The position numbers and the translations under genes were made by a program. Below, in pieces: positions 51,071 through 59,997 of a stretch of DNA of 64,000 bases. How positions within the stretch are numbered: position 1 is the stretch's first letter; the number at the start of each line of letters is the position of its first letter. The notes under the pieces were generated by a model, which was not told the DNA's origin, did not search any database, and saw only the letters and a program-made list of their open reading frames with translations. Source of the DNA: Clostridia bacterium (lineage in GTDB: Bacteria > Bacillota > Clostridia > UBA1212 > DUPL01); assembly GCA_050951325.1 (NCBI GenBank), contig JBMNIW010000012.1, positions 64,001 through 128,000 of the forward strand. The letters run 5' to 3'.

Positions 51071-51481
51071 TCATCTTAATGGTACAATCTTACGCCAAAG
51101 AGGAATCTTGAATCTTTGGCGTATTTTTTTTGCATGCAACGTTTCCTTTCTTCTGTATATCTTTGACACCACTCCAACCACATGTTCGGGAAAAACAATG
51201 CCGTCTGTTCTTTTGTACGCATCGCCTTTTGTCACGTATCCAAGGTCAGTTTTTCTGTAGACCCTGCGCAGGACAAATATACCTTCAGCAGGTTCAAGCA
51301 TAACTATGTCTCCGATATCAAGGTCCCTGCCATCGGAGTAAACAAGCTCTATCTTGTCAATTCCTTTTCTGACAAGAGGTTCCATATCACTTGTTATTGC
51401 AGTAAACCTGACACCTTCGCATACTTTCAAAAGGCTTCTAATAGCTGGGAGCAAATCCTTAACAAATATGTCCACAAGCAT
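51071..51481 (-). CDS. S24/S26 peptidase-like protein, degenerate active site
   Basis: TSDMEP, GDIVM, VLRRV, TKGDA, VVGVV. Confidence 0.7.
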   Translation of the reverse strand: MLVDIFVKDLLPAIRSLLKVCEGVRFTAITSDMEPLVRKGIDKIELVYSDGRDLDIGDIVMLEPAEGIFVLRRVYRKTDLGYVTKGDAYKRTDGIVFPEHVVGVVSKIYRRKETLHAKKIRQRFKIPLWRKIVPLR

Positions 51482-51482
51482 T

Positions 51483-51953
51483 CTAAACCCCTTTTATTAT
51501 TCTCCTTCTAATTCTTGCCACCAAAGTGTAGAGATATAACAGCTGCCTGCGAAAGATTCTAAGCTTTCTCCACATTGTAAAGACCAAACACCAAACAACA
51601 TTATTACAGTCAATGCTTAAATCTCCTCTGTATATTCTCTCAACCCTGCCAATAACATCACAAACAGGGACGCTTCCATCGCTGTAAAGGCAGGCATCCC
51701 CTATTGTATAAACCGTTCCCCCCCTCACCTTATATATTCTATGAAGTATATATTTATTGCATATTCTAAATAAAACTATATCCCCGAGCTTTACCTTGCA
51801 AAATGTACCGAGCAGAACCTTGTCTTTGTTGTGCCGTATAAAAGGCAGCATGCTGTTTCCGGACACAGTGAATTTAACCCTCAAGTTTTGTCTTAGCAAT
51901 TCCTCAACTAGAGGGAACAAATCCTTACACGACACTATTCTCTTATACGTCAT
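51483..51953 (-). CDS. S24/S26 family peptidase
   Basis: GNSMLP, GDIVLF, LHRI, IGDA, VIGRV. Confidence 0.85.
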   Translation of the reverse strand: MTYKRIVSCKDLFPLVEELLRQNLRVKFTVSGNSMLPFIRHNKDKVLLGTFCKVKLGDIVLFRICNKYILHRIYKVRGGTVYTIGDACLYSDGSVPVCDVIGRVERIYRGDLSIDCNNVVWCLVFTMWRKLRIFRRQLLYLYTLVARIRRRIIKGV

Positions 51954-51967
51954 TGCAGCCTTAACAC

Positions 51968-52786
51968 CTACAAATCAAGTATTGCCTTTTTTAGTGTCTC
52001 AACTGCCGTGTAATCCTTTACGCATTCAAGCTTCAGCATGGGTATGCTCGTTACCATGTCGTCAATATAATCCAGGGCATAGTTCATAAGCTCCACACTC
52101 CACTTTGGAGCAAATACATGTTCAGCAAGGTTTAGAAATGCTTCATAGGGATTTAGTCTTGTTGCCATGTTTCGTTTACTCTTTTCCAGCATGACAAATA
52201 CATCAATCTTTATCTTTCGATTCACAAATTCTCCTGATGTCCCGCACCAAGGCTGACCGAAGGCATGCCATACACCTTCGACTTTACGGCATAATGCTCT
52301 ATCCCCGTTTATGACCAATGCGTTTTCATAATCTCTCCACATTCTTGCATGGGTGGTCTTTCCACCAGCTGACTCCGCACATAGGATGATCCCTTTTCCG
52401 TTCCATTCAAGTACAACACCATGAAACACAACTCCTCCATAAGGAAGAACTGCGTACGAGAAGGGCTTTTTTAGTTCGTAGTATATTACATGGTCGATCC
52501 TGTCATTTTTCTTGCCTGCATAGATGCTCCACTTTCTCCAATCCTTACTTGCACTTAGAACGTTCTGGTTCTTAAGCTCAATTTTGTAACCATCTTCTGT
52601 TACATCAACCACCTTGTCGTCTTCAATAGTAATACAATTATTGTCTAACACAACTTCCAGCTCAAAATCGCTATCTTTCTTGTCACAAACAAAAGATTTG
52701 AACGCAAGGGCATGAGGTGTAAACATATCCAAATCAGCTTTGATGCAATATCCGCCAATGTTTAAATATGTATACTCCACTTCCAT
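51968..52786 (-). CDS. HPr-kinase-like P-loop protein (PadeK/ScmC-like)
   Basis: FHGVV, AESAGGKTTH, NGDR, PWCGTS. Confidence 0.8.
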   Translation of the reverse strand: MEVEYTYLNIGGYCIKADLDMFTPHALAFKSFVCDKKDSDFELEVVLDNNCITIEDDKVVDVTEDGYKIELKNQNVLSASKDWRKWSIYAGKKNDRIDHVIYYELKKPFSYAVLPYGGVVFHGVVLEWNGKGIILCAESAGGKTTHARMWRDYENALVINGDRALCRKVEGVWHAFGQPWCGTSGEFVNRKIKIDVFVMLEKSKRNMATRLNPYEAFLNLAEHVFAPKWSVELMNYALDYIDDMVTSIPMLKLECVKDYTAVETLKKAILDL

Positions 52787-52791
52787 TTCAA

Positions 52792-53106
52792 TCAGCTCTG
52801 TAACTCTCCAAAATAGAAACCTGGATGTTTTGTATTACCTATATTATCTTTCATCCCATTAGCATAAGGATCAAAGGTTATGTCTTTATTTAGATATCTG
52901 TCGAGCAAGTCATCTATAGCTGCAAATACTGCGGCAGCACTACAATCATGCAGTGTTCCGCTATTAAAACTAACATTATATGATTTATTATCAACTTTTA
53001 GAGTCCCTTTAAAGTTAAAATGTTTGTAGCCAAAACACGTATCTGCAATGCTTTCCCCTAAGCAAATTTCTTCAAATCTTAACTTTGGCTTTTCATACAT
53101 TTTCAT
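52792..53106 (-). CDS. Putative RiPP-like precursor (104 aa)
   Basis: Leader YEKPKL...GESIADT, Cys24 and Cys55, C-terminal Ser; overlaps rSAM stop; GGAG RBS. Confidence 0.75.
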   Translation of the reverse strand: MKMYEKPKLRFEEICLGESIADTCFGYKHFNFKGTLKVDNKSYNVSFNSGTLHDCSAAAVFAAIDDLLDRYLNKDITFDPYANGMKDNIGNTKHPGFYFGELQS

Positions 53107-54163
53107 ATATTTCACTCCCTTTCGTTGAGATTAGCTTTTCTAATATCTTATGACTGTATTCAGCCTCTCGGCATAGATATTTTGGATTGCCAAATAAACT
53201 CTTTGTTTCACAGTATCTCAAGGCAGGACATGCCATGCAAAACAACTTATACTTGCAATCGCGACATGCGTCTATTTGCTTCAATTCAGGCACAGTTTCC
53301 ACAAATGTCTCCCAAGCCTTTTCAAAACCCTCGGTCAATGGATCTGTCATAAACTCTCCAAGCAATTGGCATCCAATTAATTTCCCATCCCAAGTAATTG
53401 TATATGACTGGATACCTGCGTCGCATCCAAATAATTCGCTCTTCTTTTCTTCTACTGTATATTCTATCTCTATTGGCTTATCAATTAAATCCTTCGACAA
53501 TCTCTCCAAATACGCTCCATAAATAAAATCAATATTCTCCTCAGGTGACAATCTGCATGCATCCACTTCAGCAATGCCATGGCGTGTGGTTCTACAAACA
53601 ATCCTGCTCCTGCTAAAAGTAATGTCCTCTCCAAAACTCTTTGCCAGCATATATATGTTTTTGTAATCTTCAATGTTGTCTTTAATAATCGTTGTTCTAA
53701 TATTAATTGATGAAGGCAAAGTCGTTAATTTCTTCACTCCATCCAGCATTCTGTAAAAAGCATTGCCGCTACCGCACACCTTATCATAAATGGATGGATT
53801 GGAGCCATAAACAGATATTCCAATCTGATGAGGAGGACACTTTTCCAACGCATCCATTACTTTGTCGCTGACAAGAGTTGCATTGGTGTACAGGACAATA
53901 ACAAATCCCATTTTATATATTTCCGTATAAATCTCGCAAAAGTCCTTTCGCAGCATAGGTTCTCCACCTGTCAGCAAAAGCTGCAATGTTCCGCAGTCCC
54001 TTGCCTGCTTTGCGAGATCAATCCACTCTTTGGTTGTAAGTTCCCTAAGGCCCAAACTGCTTATTGTGTCCTCATCCACCCTGACAAGGCACATTTTGCA
54101 TTTCAGATTGCACCTGGCAGTCAGTTCAAAGGTACCGTTTAAAGGTATTCTCTCTTCGTGCAT
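53093..54163 (-). CDS. Radical SAM/SPASM-domain protein
   Basis: CNLKCKMC, TGGEP, YTNAT, CDAG...DGKLIGC, CRDC...FCMACP..C...LC. Confidence 0.93.
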   Translation of the reverse strand: MHEERIPLNGTFELTARCNLKCKMCLVRVDEDTISSLGLRELTTKEWIDLAKQARDCGTLQLLLTGGEPMLRKDFCEIYTEIYKMGFVIVLYTNATLVSDKVMDALEKCPPHQIGISVYGSNPSIYDKVCGSGNAFYRMLDGVKKLTTLPSSINIRTTIIKDNIEDYKNIYMLAKSFGEDITFSRSRIVCRTTRHGIAEVDACRLSPEENIDFIYGAYLERLSKDLIDKPIEIEYTVEEKKSELFGCDAGIQSYTITWDGKLIGCQLLGEFMTDPLTEGFEKAWETFVETVPELKQIDACRDCKYKLFCMACPALRYCETKSLFGNPKYLCREAEYSHKILEKLISTKGSEIYENV

Positions 54164-54164
54164 T

Positions 54165-54437
54165 TTATTCCTCCTCCATAAGAATACCAAAAGTTTTGAG
54201 TTCCTCCAAAAAGTCACTTGCGTCACTTTTTGCAATCTCCAAAGGAACCTCATACTCCCTCATAATACAAGAGACCAGCTCTTCAAAACCCTTCTCCTCT
54301 TGGAGTACTTCGAATATATATGCGCCTGTTTCATTTAAGACCATAATACCGTTAGCTTTTTTTATTGCCTCTCCAAGTGGGACTATAATATATGCATCTC
54401 TAATTTTCCTCAGTACAAAATTTTGATTGACACGCAT
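54165..54437 (-). CDS. PqqD/RRE family protein
   Basis: FVLRKI, LNETGAYIFEVL, EYEV....A..D...FLEEL...GIL. Confidence 0.9.
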   Translation of the reverse strand: MRVNQNFVLRKIRDAYIIVPLGEAIKKANGIMVLNETGAYIFEVLQEEKGFEELVSCIMREYEVPLEIAKSDASDFLEELKTFGILMEEE

Positions 54438-54450
54438 TTGCAGCACCTCG

Positions 54451-54717
54451 CTATTCTTCCAGCATTTTTTGCTCTTTAAGGATGGATATGAATGCCTGGA
54501 CATCCTGACGAGCTTCCTCTTCCGTAACGTCATATTCACTTATCAGACTGTCAACTAGTTCGTCAAATGTAGTCTCTTCCATTAGTTTACCGAACAAAAA
54601 CGCTGCTGTATTATTAACTGCAATTACACCATCCAGGTCCACCACACTATCTTCTACTGGAATAATAACGTTAGTACCTGCGATTTTGCGCATAATGTAA
54701 TTTCCGCAAACCTTCAT
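54451..54717 (-). CDS. PqqD/RRE family protein
   Basis: YIMRKIAG, VNNTAAFLF, EYDV.EEEARQDVQAFI..L. Confidence 0.9.
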   Translation of the reverse strand: MKVCGNYIMRKIAGTNVIIPVEDSVVDLDGVIAVNNTAAFLFGKLMEETTFDELVDSLISEYDVTEEEARQDVQAFISILKEQKMLEE

Positions 54718-54739
54718 TAACCCTCCTCCCTTCTTAATA

Positions 54740-55630
54740 CTAACCAACATAGACCACAAGGCGCTGTGTAACACTCACCCCTTCCGAATTACTTACAGAA
54801 TAAGTGACAGTGTACTGACCTTCCTTATTCGTATCCACTTTGCCCGAGAAACCAACTAACTCCGTTAAATCACCATCCTTCTGATCATACGCACTCTTTA
54901 TATACTCATAAGGATTAAATACATCCCCTTTTTTCAAAGCCACGGTTTTTCTTGTAAGTATCAGGGTAGGGCCTGCACTACTACCTTCTACTTCAACAAA
55001 AATGGACTTGCTGGCAACATCGTTGAACATGTTTTGTACAGTGAAAGTAAATTTGTATTTGAAAGAGTCTGCAAATGCTTCATAGTTATACGAAATGGTC
55101 CGAGTAATGTCATTTCCAAAGCCGTCATCCGCCCTTATGGCATCCTTTTCAATCAGAACAGTCACCAAATCATCAAGATCCTCACTGGTTATTACAACAT
55201 CATTTGAAACATGTATTGACGGTCCTGTGTAGTTTATGAGGCTGAGGCGTCTTTCATTGATTGCTAAATTCCCATTTGAGCCAACCACGCTGTACCTTAC
55301 AATCTTCTTTCCAATTGAAGTGTCAGTAACAATAATTACATTGACCTGGTCGGTGATGTCTGTCTTGCCGTCGATATCCAAAGCAGTCACACCTTCCATA
55401 ATGTCAAAAGCCTCTTTTCCAGAGTACTTCATATCACCGAGCGAAAGTCTGATGGTTGGTTTCTTGTTTGAATCAACACCGCTAATGTTTGAAAGGCTCG
55501 CTTTAATAATATCCTTGTTGATTGCATATGCTATGTCCTGATGAAAAAAGTACAACATAAACAAACTGACTATCGATACTGCGGCAAGCACTATTATCGT
55601 TATATTCTTAACAATCTTCAATTGCATCAC
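54740..55630 (-). CDS. Membrane-anchored Ig-like repeat (DUF5011-like) protein
   Basis: N-terminal TM; three repeats GVTALDIDG.DIT / ADDGFGNDIT / AYDQKDGDLT...VDTNKEGQYTVTYSV. Confidence 0.75.
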   Translation of the reverse strand: MMQLKIVKNITIIVLAAVSIVSLFMLYFFHQDIAYAINKDIIKASLSNISGVDSNKKPTIRLSLGDMKYSGKEAFDIMEGVTALDIDGKTDITDQVNVIIVTDTSIGKKIVRYSVVGSNGNLAINERRLSLINYTGPSIHVSNDVVITSEDLDDLVTVLIEKDAIRADDGFGNDITRTISYNYEAFADSFKYKFTFTVQNMFNDVASKSIFVEVEGSSAGPTLILTRKTVALKKGDVFNPYEYIKSAYDQKDGDLTELVGFSGKVDTNKEGQYTVTYSVSNSEGVSVTQRLVVYVG

Positions 55631-55633
55631 CTC

Positions 55634-56845
55634 CTAATTAACAAGACCATATTCTTCAAGAAGAGCAAGCCTCCTTCTTGCAACACTCAAACCTTTAACC
55701 ATTCTAGGCTCTTCTGTTCTTCTCATATATTTAATAATTCTTAATACCCACACAACAGGAAGTAAAAAAGGATGTTTCTGAAGTACTGGGTACGAATATT
55801 TAAGATACTCTCTGGAAGGAAAGCATGCCTTCAAAAACCCGAAAATGACATTCCCTTTCTTCCTGTTTAAAGATGCCACCTGTACAACCGGTCCTGAAAA
55901 AACCCTCTCGCTACTGGACTTTCCAAACACTCCTCCTTCAATCATGTCAACAAGCAAAGCAGCACGGTTTGTTACTTTCAAACTTTTGCCAAAAGGAATG
56001 CCAGAAACGTCTAAACTTATCCCCAGTTCATTATTTCCTATGTCAAACAAGCAGTAAAGCAATTGCTCACAACCGAGTTCTCTAACTATTGCAATTATTT
56101 GCTCCCAGCAAATCTGCTCATAGTACTTTTTTGCATAAAGAACCGAATCCATACACTGCCTTATACCTACACCATAACTTATCAAGTGTTTATATAAGTG
56201 AAGGAAGATAAACAGGAAGTGATCCGTGTGACAAAGGGAGTATATTTCACATCCTTCGATTTCCAGCGTTATGCATCTATCAAAGGATTCCCTAAAGTAT
56301 TTATTAAGCGCCTTCCTTACACCCGATAAACCAAATGGATTAACATGCACTTCAATACATAGATTTAAATCAGGGGATATATATGAAATTGCCTGAGCAT
56401 CCTTTGGGTCTTTGTTTGCACTTGCTGCATCCACTTTGTATCCGTATCTTAAAAGCAAGTCATGGCAAAGATCATAATCTTCCTTTCGTATGTAAATATC
56501 TTCGTCAGAAGATGTCCGAAGATCCGGTGATTCATACAAACTTCTTACAACAAGACCTTTTAACACAAGAGGCTTAACTCCGTTTTGTACAAGATAATTG
56601 TACACCTTAATGAAAGCAAAAGTTCTTTTAGTCTGGCTTATCATGTTGTATAACGCCTGACTACGCATACTCTCTTTACCTTCAAACTCAAGCAAACTTG
56701 CAGCATCATAAACAAGAGGGAGAAGGTTGTGTTTGCGGGCAAGGGTAAATACCTCATCAAGGTCCACATCTAATTCAATATTCGGCTTTTGGTTTCTTAT
56801 ATGACTTTCAATAAGCTTCAAGAACGTCTTGTAGGTCGGGTTCAA
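55634..56845 (-). CDS. Nucleotidyltransferase family protein (NTP_transf_5-like)
   Basis: VLKG...LY...RTSSDEDI, IEVH, HLYKH...GVGIRQCMD; TTG start after GGAGG. Confidence 0.85.
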   Translation of the reverse strand: MNPTYKTFLKLIESHIRNQKPNIELDVDLDEVFTLARKHNLLPLVYDAASLLEFEGKESMRSQALYNMISQTKRTFAFIKVYNYLVQNGVKPLVLKGLVVRSLYESPDLRTSSDEDIYIRKEDYDLCHDLLLRYGYKVDAASANKDPKDAQAISYISPDLNLCIEVHVNPFGLSGVRKALNKYFRESFDRCITLEIEGCEIYSLCHTDHFLFIFLHLYKHLISYGVGIRQCMDSVLYAKKYYEQICWEQIIAIVRELGCEQLLYCLFDIGNNELGISLDVSGIPFGKSLKVTNRAALLVDMIEGGVFGKSSSERVFSGPVVQVASLNRKKGNVIFGFLKACFPSREYLKYSYPVLQKHPFLLPVVWVLRIIKYMRRTEEPRMVKGLSVARRRLALLEEYGLVN

Positions 56846-58586
56846 GACTTTCACCTCCGCCAAATAACGTACACTTGCCGCCACTTACTCGGTACACTCT
56901 GTCACAAATACCAAGCACGCTTGGCCTGTGTGTTGTAAGTATGCAGGTTACTTCGCCCTTTATCCTCTTTATATTCATCAGAATCTTTCTCTCGGTATCA
57001 ACATCGAGGCTGCTGGTGGCTTCATCAAGGAGCAGTATTGGAGCTTTCCTTATCAACGCCCTGGCAATAGAGAGCCTTTGTATCTGTCCTTCCGAAAAAT
57101 TCTTTCCTCTTTCCTCAACATTTGAGTTGATTCCATCCGGCAGGTTTGATACAAAATCATACGCATCTGCCATTACCAACGCATCCTTTATTTCCTCTTC
57201 TGTTGCATCGGGCTTTGCCAGTCTCAAGTTATCTGCAATTGTACCTGAGAATAACATATTGTCCTGAGGAACATAGGAAAAAAGAAGTCTTGCCTTGTCG
57301 TCAAACACAATGTTTTTATGCTTCTCGTTAAAGGGATAAATGCCAAGTCTTCCTTTTTGATGTTTTAATTGTCCAAGCAATATCTTAAGCAGGGTGGTTT
57401 TTCCTCCTCCCGAAGGACCAACCAGTGCAATGGTCTCCCCAGGCCTTGCCAGGATGCACGCATCTTCAAACACCTTCTTTCCTTTTCTGTAACTGAAGGA
57501 AACATCCTCAAGACTAATTACCACTCCTCTTTTCCTTGCACTTTTAAGTGTCTGCTCATCATTGGTAGCATCACAGTCATCTGTTGGCTTTTCAATGATT
57601 TCCATAATTCTTCCTGCTGATGTTGTTGCAGATATGGAAGATGGGATTAAGGATATTAAGGAAGAGAAGCTTGATCTGAGCATACCTGCGAGCTGCAGGA
57701 ACAATACCATTGTTCCAAAGGTAATGAAACCTTGGTACAATCTGAATACCGCCCAGCCAAAACAAAGATATGATACAATTAGTCCGGTTATCGACATAAA
57801 CAGATGAGTGTGTATTGAAAACTTGTTGTAGTCCAGGCTTGTTGTCTTAAAGTTTTCCAACTGCTCTTTGTGTCTGTTTGTAAATACAGACTTCAGCCCC
57901 AGAGCTTTAATAGCTGCAATATTTACAAAAGACTCTTCATGGTAGGACATAAGTTTCGAACTTGCTTCCCTCATTTTTTTGTTGTGCTTCCTCATTTTCT
58001 TTACCAGTAAATCCGATACAATCATTGATACTGGTGCACTGGCAAGAGCCAATATAGCCATAACATAGTCAAAGTACATGATGATTATAAATGAGCCGGT
58101 AAACTGCAATACCCTTGTTATGAAGCTTGGTATCATGCCTACAACACTACCCGCAACAGTCCTTGCATCAGAGTTGATTCTATTTAGAAGGTCTCCTGAA
58201 TGAAAGTCCATTAAATGCTCCGAGTCAATATTTAATATGCTGTCATAGATGTCTATTCTTATGTCATTTATTACCCTTAAATCAATTTTTGAGGTAATCC
58301 TGTTGGTTAGTGCTCCTGTCAATATCTCAAACAAACCAAAAGATATGTATATTACTGCTATCGTGACAATAACTTTTATCTGCCTGTTTGCAAGGCTGTC
58401 TATTAAATATTTGGAGGCAACAGCATTGAGAAGCCCGAATATTGCGCCAATGGAAAAGAGGAAGATATAAAATGCGACTTGTGCTTTATATCTTTTTATG
58501 TACCCTAATATCCATTTTGCCTCTATCCACATTTCTTTTAAAGACCCGTCTTGGATCTTCCTCTTTATGTTAAACAGATTCACCAT
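56808..58586 (-). CDS. ABC exporter, fused permease/ATPase, no C39 peptidase domain
   Basis: Six-TM domain, GPSGGGKTT, FSEGQ, LLLDEATSSLD. Confidence 0.92.
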   Translation of the reverse strand: MVNLFNIKRKIQDGSLKEMWIEAKWILGYIKRYKAQVAFYIFLFSIGAIFGLLNAVASKYLIDSLANRQIKVIVTIAVIYISFGLFEILTGALTNRITSKIDLRVINDIRIDIYDSILNIDSEHLMDFHSGDLLNRINSDARTVAGSVVGMIPSFITRVLQFTGSFIIIMYFDYVMAILALASAPVSMIVSDLLVKKMRKHNKKMREASSKLMSYHEESFVNIAAIKALGLKSVFTNRHKEQLENFKTTSLDYNKFSIHTHLFMSITGLIVSYLCFGWAVFRLYQGFITFGTMVLFLQLAGMLRSSFSSLISLIPSSISATTSAGRIMEIIEKPTDDCDATNDEQTLKSARKRGVVISLEDVSFSYRKGKKVFEDACILARPGETIALVGPSGGGKTTLLKILLGQLKHQKGRLGIYPFNEKHKNIVFDDKARLLFSYVPQDNMLFSGTIADNLRLAKPDATEEEIKDALVMADAYDFVSNLPDGINSNVEERGKNFSEGQIQRLSIARALIRKAPILLLDEATSSLDVDTERKILMNIKRIKGEVTCILTTHRPSVLGICDRVYRVSGGKCTLFGGGESLEPDLQDVLEAY

Positions 58587-59997
58587 AATACCTCAACTTC
58601 CTGTAGTAGGGATATTTGTATAAATAACCGTACCTGTAACCGTAACTGCCTATACCCGTTTCTGTGAATGTTAAAACTGCTCCGAGCACATTCACGCGGC
58701 TGTATGACAAAGACGTCAAAGAGTCTATTATCAGACTTCTTTTGGCATAATCCTGTCTTATGCAGTAAATTGCATGGTCCGCATATTTTGCAAAAGCAAC
58801 AGCATCTGGAACCATGTGACATGGTGGAGTGTCTATTATTACAAAATCAGCCATGTTTCTAAGCATTGCAATAACTTCTACAAGGGAGTAATGTGACAAT
58901 ATCTTGTTTGGATTTTGATATGATTTGTGTCCTGCAAGTAAGCTAATATTGTATTTGTTAATATAATATATGCTGTGTTCTATGGTTTGTTCTCCCTCTA
59001 CAATCTCCCCGATACCTTTAAGAGGCATGACAATATCCAACATGTTCAGGACCGAAGGATTCCTCAAATCACCATCTACAAGGATTACTGAGTAACCCAT
59101 TTGTCCAAGAGAAATACTTAAGTTTATGGCAACGGTTGTCTTTCCTTCCTGGGGTACACTGCCTGCTATTACAATTACATTGTTCTTTTTGTCCGATGTT
59201 TCCTTTAGCAATTTCGTTCGTATCGAACGGATCGACTCGTTAAAAGCACTTCCTACTTTCTCATTCAGGATGTTTATGGAATAATCAATGTCTTTTTTTC
59301 GTCTCTTGAACTTCACCACCGGAAGCACTCCAAGGCATTCGAGGTTGAGTATTTTCCTTACATCATCCACCTTTCTTATTGTTGTTCTGGTCAATGCGTA
59401 AAGGAATATAAATCCGCAGCCAAGCACGAACCCTGCCAGAAAGCCTATCTTTGTCATACGGGAATAAATAGGTCGGTTTGTAGGAGTTGTCGGCACTTTA
59501 GGGGATGACAGCATGTTCATCTTTGTATCTCCTATTACAAACTCAGCCACTTTTGGATAGTTCCTAATTACCGAGTTAAGTATGTTGTATGCGTCATTTG
59601 GGTTTATGCTGGTTACCATTATTGTAAAAAGATTTGTGTCGGGTATTGCTACAGCGTATATACTTCCATTAAGGTAAGGTACGTTCAGATCCTCGCACAC
59701 AATTTCCTGAAGAAGATAGCTGTTTAAAATGTATGGAAATGTTACCGCCATCTGGGATGCGGTCTGACTATTGTAGTAGTAGCGGTAGCTGTACCCTGCG
59801 TAATTGTCCTCATATGCTGCAAGAATTGTGAAGGTGGCTTTTGATGTGTATAACGGAGTATACTTTCTTGCAGAGACATAAAAGAACAGCCAGGACATAA
59901 CGCTTGCAAGCACAAGCACAAGATACCACAATCTTTTTATCCCCTTAATCAAGTCACTTAGAAGTACCATAATATCTATAGAGGTTTCATTATCCAT
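58570..59997 (-). CDS. Wzz/CpsC-CpsD fused BY tyrosine kinase (copy 2)
   Basis: Two TM flanking loop; GSVPQEGKTT, VDGDLRNP, IIDTPP; Tyr tail YGYRYGYLYKYPYY. Confidence 0.9.
   Translation of the reverse strand: MDNETSIDIMVLLSDLIKGIKRLWYLVLVLASVMSWLFFYVSARKYTPLYTSKATFTILAAYEDNYAGYSYRYYYNSQTASQMAVTFPYILNSYLLQEIVCEDLNVPYLNGSIYAVAIPDTNLFTIMVTSINPNDAYNILNSVIRNYPKVAEFVIGDTKMNMLSSPKVPTTPTNRPIYSRMTKIGFLAGFVLGCGFIFLYALTRTTIRKVDDVRKILNLECLGVLPVVKFKRRKKDIDYSINILNEKVGSAFNESIRSIRTKLLKETSDKKNNVIVIAGSVPQEGKTTVAINLSISLGQMGYSVILVDGDLRNPSVLNMLDIVMPLKGIGEIVEGEQTIEHSIYYINKYNISLLAGHKSYQNPNKILSHYSLVEVIAMLRNMADFVIIDTPPCHMVPDAVAFAKYADHAIYCIRQDYAKRSLIIDSLTSLSYSRVNVLGAVLTFTETGIGSYGYRYGYLYKYPYYRKLRYYGESV

Noticed and set aside
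51071-58586. Classical lasso peptide or PQQ cluster
   Set aside because: No asparagine-synthetase-like cyclase, no B2 protease, no PqqA/B/C; core far too long.
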